DNA of 64,000 bases. Origin: Oligoflexales bacterium (GTDB lineage Bacteria > Bdellovibrionota_B > Oligoflexia > Oligoflexales > Bog-1112). Of this stretch, positions 56,716 to 64,000 are shown piece by piece. A program made the translations under genes and the position numbers. Each line of letters starts with the position of its first letter. Positions within the stretch are counted from its first letter, which is position 1. The DNA is taken from NCBI GenBank assembly GCA_045106415.1, contig JBGCEP010000043.1, positions 1 through 64,000 of the forward strand, in the 5' to 3' direction. The notes under the pieces were generated by a model. That model saw only the letters and a program-made list of their open reading frames with translations, ran no database searches and was not told the DNA's origin.

Positions 56716-58905
56716 ATGCCTGAAACATTCTTAGACATCGCTGTAAGCGTCAACCTCAAAAAGACGTTTACGTACACCTGCTCGACAAAAGTTGCCTCAG
56801 GATGCCGGGTTCTTGTCCCTTTTGCCAATCGAGTTCTCACAGGGGTTGTTTTAGGAGAAACTAAACAACCCGCAGCTACTATTAGAACAAAAGCAATTCA
56901 AAGTATTGTTGATGACTCCCCATACTTTCGTAGCTCTCTAGTCAGCATAGCAAAGTGGATGAGCGACTATTACATTCACCCCATTGGCACAACCTTTCAG
57001 ACCATGATGCCTGCAACTGTCCAAAAAAAGAAATATTGGTCTCTCACAGAAAAAGGAAAAGAACACATATCCACAGACCCAGAATCAAATTTGCAAAAGA
57101 TTTTCAAGAAAAAAAAGCAACTCACCCACACTACCTTCTCAAAGCACTGTAAAGATCTTGACTCCACACCAGAAAAATTTGAACGACAAGGGCTCGTTAC
57201 AAAGCAGTCTTTTTCAAGCATTCGAACAAAAGAGACAGCAGCGTCAAAAATTGAACTCAAAAAAGAGCCTCAAAAACAACTCACCACAGCTCAAAAAAAA
57301 GCTTTTGACGCGATCATCACCGCACCGTTAAAACCGACTTTACTCTTTGGAGTCACTGGGTCTGGAAAAACTGAGATTTACCTACAGCTCATTCAAAAAA
57401 CCTTAGATGAAGACTCTAAATCTCAGGTTCTTATGCTTGTCCCTGAAATCTCTCTCACCCCTCAAATCACACAAGTATTTGAAAACAGATTCCCAGGACA
57501 GGTGGTAACAACACATTCTCGTCTTACTGAAACCTCTCGTTTAGAGGCCATAGAAAAAATTCGCCATGGTCACAGCTCTATCCTTATTGGTCCTCGGTCT
57601 GCTTTATTTGCTCCTTTCCTTCATTTAAAACGAATCATTATCGATGAAGAACACGATCACAGCTACAAACAAAACTCCGGACTGACATACCACGGTCGAG
57701 ATGTTGCTGTTTTACTTTCAAAAATGGAAAACATTCCTATGACCTTAGGGTCTGCCACTCCCTCTATGGAGTCTTGGAGAAATGCACTGGAAGGAAAATA
57801 CAATCTAGTTTCGCTTGAAGAACGAGTGACTCAGCGCCCTTTACCTCCAATTGAAATACTCGACGCAACAAAAGCTTATCAAATGGCACAGACACTCCCT
57901 CAAGATCTGCAGCGTATGCAGGATTCATGGGTTCCTCTCCACCCGGAGGTTGTTGAAGCTATTGAGCAGAACCACAAAAACGATGGTCAAACGATTTTAC
58001 TTGTCAACCGAAGAGGGTATGCCTTTCACCTCATGAATCCGAAGACTAAAAAAACAATCCAATGCCCTCGCTGCAGCGTCAGCCTCACATTGCACAAGAA
58101 GAACTTCCAACTTCGTTGCCACTACTGCGACTTTCAACAATCCCTTGCAAAGGCTCGTGAGCAATATGGCCACCTTATCGCTGTAGGGTACGGTAGCCAA
58201 AAAGTGGAAGAAACTCTTAAAAAGTCTCTCTCGCCAGAAATACGAATTGCTCGCCTCGACTCAGACAACGCCAAAGAGTCTTTAACTCAGACTCTTGATG
58301 ATTTCAGGAGTCGCAAATTCGACATTCTCGTCGGAACTCAGCTCCTTGCCAAAGGGCATGACTTTCCACAAGTCACACTCGTCGTCCTGCTCGACATCAA
58401 CCAATCTTTACATCTTCCTGATTTTCGGGCTGGAGAAAGAACCTTCCAGCTATTAGTACAAGCAGCAGGACGAGCAGGACGCGGAGAAAAAGAAGGAAAA
58501 GTGCTAGGCCAAGGATCTGCAGAAGACCCCCGAGTTCAATTCGGGCTGGAGCATAATTTTCTAGATTTCGCTGCCCTTGAGCTCCAGTTTCGCAAAGCAC
58601 ACAACTACCCCCCTTACAGCCGCCTCATTTGCATAGAGCTCAACTCAGAGAATCGATCGTTATTAGAAAGACACTGCACTGCTATTCGCAGCTGGATCGA
58701 CAACCTCGAAATTCCAGAAACAACGATCGTAGGGCCCACGCCACCTGCTGTTGAAAAAATTCACCATAGATATCGTCAAACTCTTTTATTTTCATCCAAA
58801 CACCCCGGATATCTTCGCAGAGCAGTGCTTTATACACTTGAAAGCTGGCCACCACCCTCTCAGATTCGTATGATAGTGGATGTCGATCCACAAGACTTGC
58901 TCTGA
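56716..58905 (+). CDS. priA: Primosomal helicase PriA
   Basis: GVTGSGKTE, LVPEISLTPQ, DEEHD.SYKQ, SATPS, GTQLLAKGHDFP, QAAGRAGR. Confidence 0.96.
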   Translation: MPETFLDIAVSVNLKKTFTYTCSTKVASGCRVLVPFANRVLTGVVLGETKQPAATIRTKAIQSIVDDSPYFRSSLVSIAKWMSDYYIHPIGTTFQTMMPATVQKKKYWSLTEKGKEHISTDPESNLQKIFKKKKQLTHTTFSKHCKDLDSTPEKFERQGLVTKQSFSSIRTKETAASKIELKKEPQKQLTTAQKKAFDAIITAPLKPTLLFGVTGSGKTEIYLQLIQKTLDEDSKSQVLMLVPEISLTPQITQVFENRFPGQVVTTHSRLTETSRLEAIEKIRHGHSSILIGPRSALFAPFLHLKRIIIDEEHDHSYKQNSGLTYHGRDVAVLLSKMENIPMTLGSATPSMESWRNALEGKYNLVSLEERVTQRPLPPIEILDATKAYQMAQTLPQDLQRMQDSWVPLHPEVVEAIEQNHKNDGQTILLVNRRGYAFHLMNPKTKKTIQCPRCSVSLTLHKKNFQLRCHYCDFQQSLAKAREQYGHLIAVGYGSQKVEETLKKSLSPEIRIARLDSDNAKESLTQTLDDFRSRKFDILVGTQLLAKGHDFPQVTLVVLLDINQSLHLPDFRAGERTFQLLVQAAGRAGRGEKEGKVLGQGSAEDPRVQFGLEHNFLDFAALELQFRKAHNYPPYSRLICIELNSENRSLLERHCTAIRSWIDNLEIPETTIVGPTPPAVEKIHHRYRQTLLFSSKHPGYLRRAVLYTLESWPPPSQIRMIVDVDPQDLL

Positions 58906-58968
58906 TAGGTCTTGTTCTATTCGTACGTCACTGCTACGGTTATGGCCACTGTTCGCCTGGAGGTTTTT

Positions 58969-59562
58969 ATGTCACAAGAGTTTGCTTCTCAAGATGTTTT
59001 AACGCAAATGTACGAGTCCATTAGAGACAAGCGCCTGCTTGATGCTCGCTCCATATTTCTATCCGAGGGGGTAGATTCCAGAAGCTCACGCAGAGTTATT
59101 GCTGACCTTCTTATTTTGGATCAAGACTCTCATGAGCCCATTAACTTATTTCTCAACAGCCCCGGCGGTGAGATTAATAGTGGTTTTGCAATCTACGATA
59201 CGATTCGTTTTATAAAATCTGACGTTCGCATCATTACCGCTGGTCTTTGCGCAAGCATTGCAACCATCATCAATATCGCAACAAAAAAAGAAAACAGACT
59301 TTCATTACCAAACGGCAAATTTTTAATACACCAGCCGTTAATCATGGGTCATGTTCAAGGCTCTGCATCTGATCTCGAAATCACCGCAAATCAGATTTTG
59401 AAGTCTCGCGAAAAAATCAACAAACTTCTTGCTGAAGAGTGCAAACAACCGCTTGATCGAGTTGAAAAGGATACGACGCGTGACTACTGGATGACAGCTC
59501 CAGAGGCTCTCGAATACGGCCTTATCAACCGCATCATCACAAGCGTAGATGATCTCGCATAA
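58969..59562 (+). CDS. clpP: ClpP protease subunit
   Basis: NSPGG, CASIA (Ser), IHQP (His), RDYWM...EALEYGLI. Confidence 0.93.
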   Translation: MSQEFASQDVLTQMYESIRDKRLLDARSIFLSEGVDSRSSRRVIADLLILDQDSHEPINLFLNSPGGEINSGFAIYDTIRFIKSDVRIITAGLCASIATIINIATKKENRLSLPNGKFLIHQPLIMGHVQGSASDLEITANQILKSREKINKLLAEECKQPLDRVEKDTTRDYWMTAPEALEYGLINRIITSVDDLA

Positions 59563-59580
59563 AACAAGATAAAAAATGAC

Positions 59581-59623
59581 ATGGCAGTATTTGCTCGATT
59601 TTTCATCAAGCAAATACTGCCAT
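59581..59623. terminator. 15-bp perfect inverted repeat after clpP (terminator or stabilising hairpin)
   Basis: ATGGCAGTATTTGCT...AGCAAATACTGCCAT between convergent genes. Confidence 0.6.
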
Positions 59624-59694
59624 ATTTCATGTCACACTTGCAGTGTGATTACTTAAAAATTCAAAACTAAGAAAGCTTATTCACGCGACTGTGA

Positions 59695-60324
59695 TTAAAA
59701 CGCCCAACCAAACTCAAAACCAGGGCGGAATCGGTCTGCCATCTTGCGAGCGACCTTATTTCGAATCTCACTAGAGCTCTCTTGGATTTCATCATACTCA
59801 CCACCCACAACTGAATCTCTCACCTTCGCTTCAAAATGTTCAAACCCAAGATACAACCCAGCCATTACGCCCATATCACTCTGCATCCGGTAGCCTGCTC
59901 TTGCATTAAGCGTGTGCCCCTCTAGGTCAAGGGCGTATGTCTGAGCATCTTCTTCGACAGCTGAAAGCCCTTGAGTCACTTGCGACCATTTCGCAGCAGC
60001 CTGGCGGTAGCCAAGACCTGCGCCCCAATAAAAACCTGACATATTATGGCCGTAAGTATAACGCGACACCATAAAACGAACCTCTCTTGCCATGCTCAGC
60101 AAAGAACGCCCAGGATTTTCTGTTCTTTCTGTTTGAGTCAGATCTTCTCCAGCACTTTGTCCACCTAACTCAAAGGCAATCCCGCCTTTTTTCATAATAT
60201 TATACTCTGCACGCCCTGCCCATTCACGATCAACCGCAACCAAAGGTAATGTCACTAGAAAAGAGCTCGAAAAAGCCGCATGACTGAAACACAAACACAC
60301 AAATAAAAATTTAAAATTTTTCAT
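59695..60324 (-). CDS. Outer-membrane beta-barrel protein (DUF3575-like)
   Basis: Signal peptide; GFYWGAGLGY; C-terminal GFEFGWAF beta-signal. Confidence 0.75.
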   Translation of the reverse strand: MKNFKFLFVCLCFSHAAFSSSFLVTLPLVAVDREWAGRAEYNIMKKGGIAFELGGQSAGEDLTQTERTENPGRSLLSMAREVRFMVSRYTYGHNMSGFYWGAGLGYRQAAAKWSQVTQGLSAVEEDAQTYALDLEGHTLNARAGYRMQSDMGVMAGLYLGFEHFEAKVRDSVVGGEYDEIQESSSEIRNKVARKMADRFRPGFEFGWAF

Positions 60325-60418
60325 AGAACCTCCCGCTATTTAAGTCCATTCTATAAGAAAGCCTCAAGACGATAGTCGGAGGTTTTTGCTTAGCTCAAAA
60401 AATCACCGAAAGGACCTT

Positions 60419-61144
60419 ATGCTTAACATCGCACATAGAGGAGCCCTTACAGAAGCTCCAGAAAACAGCATGGAAGCTTTCCAAATTGCTTTCAACGTTG
60501 GTTCCGAACGTCTCGAACTAGACACACATCCCAATTTCGACCAAATCCCGTACGTCATCCACGACGAGACCCTGGATCGCACCACTCAGCTGACAGGGGA
60601 AGTTCGAAACAGCACAGTAGGCGAACTTGCTCAAGCCACTTTAAGCAATGGAGAGCCTATCCCAACACTCCTTCAAGTGATTGAGCGTTTTGCGCCTCAG
60701 ATGGAAATCAACATTGAGATCAAGGGAACGGAGGTTGATTTCATCAAAAACATTGTGACAATGTGTGAAATACATCGCCACAAAATCATTATCTCCAGTG
60801 AATTCCTTGACACACTCACTCTTGTTAAAAAGCTTGATCCTTTACTATCAATAGCTTGCCTTCTTCCTTGTCGCCAAAACAACAATACAAATGAAGAATA
60901 CACAATGGATGAAGCAATGGCTTTAACTCATGCAAAAATAGCTCACCCTGAAGCCAAGCTAGTGACCACAAGCATGATGGAAACAGCTCGAAGAAAAGGA
61001 TGGGACGTTTTTACTTGGATCTCACGTCACGATGAGGAAAAACAACCTGAAGATATCTGGGAAAAACTCCAAAACCTCGGGGTTCACGGCCATTGCACCA
61101 ATCAACCCCGATCTTTCAAGCGGTGGCTTGACTCACAAAGATGA
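60419..61144 (+). CDS. Glycerophosphodiester phosphodiesterase
   Basis: IAHRGA..APENS, ELD, VIHDETLDRTT, NIEIK. Confidence 0.93.
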   Translation: MLNIAHRGALTEAPENSMEAFQIAFNVGSERLELDTHPNFDQIPYVIHDETLDRTTQLTGEVRNSTVGELAQATLSNGEPIPTLLQVIERFAPQMEINIEIKGTEVDFIKNIVTMCEIHRHKIIISSEFLDTLTLVKKLDPLLSIACLLPCRQNNNTNEEYTMDEAMALTHAKIAHPEAKLVTTSMMETARRKGWDVFTWISRHDEEKQPEDIWEKLQNLGVHGHCTNQPRSFKRWLDSQR

Positions 61145-62779
61145 TTCACTCTGAATTTTAAGAGGAGATTTTGCATCGAAGACCATCGTACGAGTTGGGT
61201 ATGCAAAATCAACTTCCATCTCTTTCGCAAGCTTCATAATAGATAAGAAGATTTCTTCTCTGACTTTTAATTCTGCCTCATAATTTGACACATCCAAAAA
61301 GAAATACAACATAATATCGAGCGAAGAAGCTCCAAATCCATCAAATGCAACTCGAAGCACTTGAGGGTTAACCTCTGATCTTTCTTTTAAAAGATTTTTA
61401 ACATTTCGAATAAAAGCTTCAAGAGTGTCAGCCGGGGTACTATAAACAACTTGCAATGTTGTCACTGTTCTACGAGAAACTCTTTTCCCCATATTATCGA
61501 TTTTTTGATTCGCCATATCAGCATTAGGAATAGCAACTTCTGAATCATAAAATGTTCGTATACGAGTTGAGCGAAAACCAACTTCTGTCACCACACCTGA
61601 AACAGTTCCAACTTTGATATAATCTCCAGATTTAAATGGTTGATCCCATAAAATCATCACTGAACCAAACAAGTTTGCCGCAGTATCTTTTGCAGCAAGA
61701 GCAAAAGCTAAACCACCCAGACCAACTCCTGCCAATAACGACATGACATTAATACCTAAGTTTTGTAAAACCAGCAGCACACCAAAAATCACAATACAAG
61801 CACGCAAAGCCTTACTTAAAATGGGGACCAATTGATCATCTAAAGGAGAATCTGTTCGGCTTGCTAAAGAACGCAACACATGCTCAAGAAAATTAGAAAA
61901 TCGATAGATCAACCAAATAGAGGCCACGCTCAATAAGACTTGGGTTATCATTACAAAAAATTGAAGAGGATAACCATCAAAACGCAAAAGCCGGATTCCA
62001 ATCCACCAAGTTCCCGCGATCACCATCATTCCTAGCGGTGGACGAGCGAGCTCTAACGCTTCTAGCACTTCGTTGCTCGAAAAAGAAACACGAGACGCTC
62101 TTGCCCAAACAACAAAGAAAAGACCTCGGAACACAGAGCTCAAAAAAAGAAAGCTCAACACTCCCAACCATTGCCACTGAAAAAGACCTAAAAACTCATA
62201 CTGTAGCCACTCTGGAAAAGCAGCTTCAAACCAAGGTTTTTCATAAAAAGCTCCTCCCTCTGACACTGTAAAAGGAAGATGTTCTACTTTTTGATAAAAT
62301 TCTTTCGCTCTGCGTACTGTTTCTGGAGAAAACAAAAAATCTCCACCTCTTTCACCTGCCTCAACTTTCAAAATAACGATTTCAGTCTTCGGAATCACCC
62401 AACGTTGAAAATCTAAATCGCTACGATTCGGAGCCTGCATCAAAACCTTAGGATCTAAACGGTCCAAGATTTCTTTTAAAAACACTGCTGTTTCAGCTCC
62501 AACATCTGCTTTTAAAAGCGCGGGGACTTTTTCAAGATTCAACGCACGCACAGCATCTTTTATTCTTGCGCTTAACACTGGATTCTTCTCATGAATGCCT
62601 TTACGATAATCTTTCATAGCACTGACAAAACTCATAAGACTTTTTGCAGGGTTTGAAGTTTCAACAGGCTCCAAAGGGCCCCGCGAAAACCCCACACTGC
62701 ATAAACAAAAAAGGACGGTTATGACAACTGCACTTTTCAGCTGTACGAAAACTCGCAATATTTTACTTATCTTTTGCAT
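61133..62779 (-). CDS. MscS-family mechanosensitive channel with periplasmic N-terminal extension
   Basis: GLGGLAFALAAKD, PFKSGD, GFRSTRIRT, IPNA, FAYPT; GAGGA SD. Confidence 0.92.
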   Translation of the reverse strand: MQKISKILRVFVQLKSAVVITVLFCLCSVGFSRGPLEPVETSNPAKSLMSFVSAMKDYRKGIHEKNPVLSARIKDAVRALNLEKVPALLKADVGAETAVFLKEILDRLDPKVLMQAPNRSDLDFQRWVIPKTEIVILKVEAGERGGDFLFSPETVRRAKEFYQKVEHLPFTVSEGGAFYEKPWFEAAFPEWLQYEFLGLFQWQWLGVLSFLFLSSVFRGLFFVVWARASRVSFSSNEVLEALELARPPLGMMVIAGTWWIGIRLLRFDGYPLQFFVMITQVLLSVASIWLIYRFSNFLEHVLRSLASRTDSPLDDQLVPILSKALRACIVIFGVLLVLQNLGINVMSLLAGVGLGGLAFALAAKDTAANLFGSVMILWDQPFKSGDYIKVGTVSGVVTEVGFRSTRIRTFYDSEVAIPNADMANQKIDNMGKRVSRRTVTTLQVVYSTPADTLEAFIRNVKNLLKERSEVNPQVLRVAFDGFGASSLDIMLYFFLDVSNYEAELKVREEIFLSIMKLAKEMEVDFAYPTRTMVFDAKSPLKIQSESSL

Positions 62780-63578
62780 CATCATTCCTCTGTCATCTTC
62801 TGGAAAAAACACTTCAAAAATCATTCAAAACCTACCCGTTCGACTCTGCGTACAAACGTTCAACACATACGGACCATTCTACGGATCTAATCTCAATACA
62901 CGTATGCGCGCAATGGCTCAAGCATTGAAAAATCACCCTTGCCATATCATACACCTTCAAGAAGTCTGGCTTCCTTACCACAAACAATATCTTTCCGAAC
63001 AGTTCAAACAACTAGGTTTTGCTCAACACTACCCAAACAACGCTCACAAAAACATGGGACTCATGAGCATATTCCATACACAACCCCACCAAGTATCTTC
63101 TCTCCCATTTCAATCTCACGGTTTTTTCTTTAACCCGTTCGATTGGGCAAGAACTCTTTTCAAGGTCCGTAAAGGTTTCGGCTACGCAACAATTCAATGG
63201 CAAAACCAAACTGTCCACAGCTACAACACGCACCTTCACCCTATATCTTCTGTTTTACAGCAACAACAGCTACAAGAACTTCGCAATCACATCTCTCAAC
63301 ACCCTAAAAATGAAAAAATCGTCCTGGCTGGCGACTTTAATCTACCAATCACTCACCCACTGATCCAAGAGTTTCTCAAACAAACAAAGCTTTCAGCAGC
63401 CCCCGTGACCGAACCTACCTACGACAGTAGTAATCCATTTTATTGGGGTGGAGGCTCAAGAACCATCGACCATATTTTATATAAAAATCTCATAGTTACA
63501 GACACTGTTATAAACCTTAGGTCTCACGACAGCACTCCTTTATCTGATCATTTTGGGGTGCGAGCCTTGTTCAAGTGA
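62721..63578 (+). CDS. Endonuclease/exonuclease/phosphatase (sphingomyelinase-like) protein
   Basis: TFNT, LQEVW, NTHLH, LAGDFN, IDHIL, LSDHFGV; signal-like N-terminus. Confidence 0.88.
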   Translation: MTTALFSCTKTRNILLIFCIIIPLSSSGKNTSKIIQNLPVRLCVQTFNTYGPFYGSNLNTRMRAMAQALKNHPCHIIHLQEVWLPYHKQYLSEQFKQLGFAQHYPNNAHKNMGLMSIFHTQPHQVSSLPFQSHGFFFNPFDWARTLFKVRKGFGYATIQWQNQTVHSYNTHLHPISSVLQQQQLQELRNHISQHPKNEKIVLAGDFNLPITHPLIQEFLKQTKLSAAPVTEPTYDSSNPFYWGGGSRTIDHILYKNLIVTDTVINLRSHDSTPLSDHFGVRALFK

Positions 63579-63648
63579 ATTAACCCTTCCGCAATCATTA
63601 AAATCTGTTATAGGTTACGCCCTGGTCTCATGGAGAAGGGGTATAACT

Positions 63649-64000
63649 ATGAGAATTTTAGTCGTAGAAGATGATGTGGCTCTAGCCGACCTTTTAGGTC
63701 GCTGCCTTCGAGAAGAAAGTTACGCTGTAGACATTGCAAATGACGGCCAGAATGGCGAATGGATGGCTCATGATAATCCATATGACTTAGTCATCCTTGA
63801 TATCATGCTTCCTGTAAAAAATGGCCTCGACGTTCTTTATGACTTAAGAAAAGAAGGCATAAAAACCCCTATTCTCCTCCTCACGGCTAAAGACGGCACA
63901 TGCGACATTGTGGACGGCTTGGACAATGGCGCTGACGACTATCTCACAAAGCCATTCAGTCTTGATGAGTTGACAGCTCGTATCCGAGCTTTACTCCGAA
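63649..64000 (+). CDS. OmpR/PhoB-family response regulator (3'-truncated by window edge)
   Basis: MRILVVEDD, DLVILDIMLP, LLLTAK, GADDYLTKPF...ARIRALLR. Confidence 0.93.
   Translation, partial: MRILVVEDDVALADLLGRCLREESYAVDIANDGQNGEWMAHDNPYDLVILDIMLPVKNGLDVLYDLRKEGIKTPILLLTAKDGTCDIVDGLDNGADDYLTKPFSLDELTARIRALLR

Overview
Mostly core chromosome of a Gram-negative bacterium, most likely Oligoflexia/Bdellovibrionota. That placement is inferred from TIGR02147-like, TIGR04552-like and CglF-like genes plus many orphan lipoproteins. Core content: tonB (partial), tRNA-Ala(UGC), hpt, khpA-nagZ, rnpB-trmB-orf-ybeY-corC, ccmABCDE-ccmG, lon-iscS, a lolE-lolD-bamA-skp-fabZ-lpxA-lpxB-msbA-lpxK envelope operon, hemE, gpmI, mazG, priA-clpP, GDPD, mscS and a partial OmpR-family regulator. 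There are two decayed regions: an Hpt/receiver pseudogene and an IS630 relic. No CRISPR array, prophage or rRNA was seen. Highlights: (1) an unusual rpsR-rpmB-orf-rpsT operon containing an unlisted 38-aa basic ORF that resembles bTHX at its N-terminus and bS22/mS38 in its core, next to C-terminally extended S18 and S20 and a structured leader; (2) an AT-rich secreted protein with a eukaryote-like KCTD-type BTB domain; (3) a RelA/SpoT-synthetase-like TIGR04552 protein; (4) recurrent sigma28-like promoters before orphan genes, two paired with hairpins that could hide the SD on read-through mRNA; (5) a PriA lacking one of its two Zn sites. All family calls come from motif recognition by eye; no database search was run.
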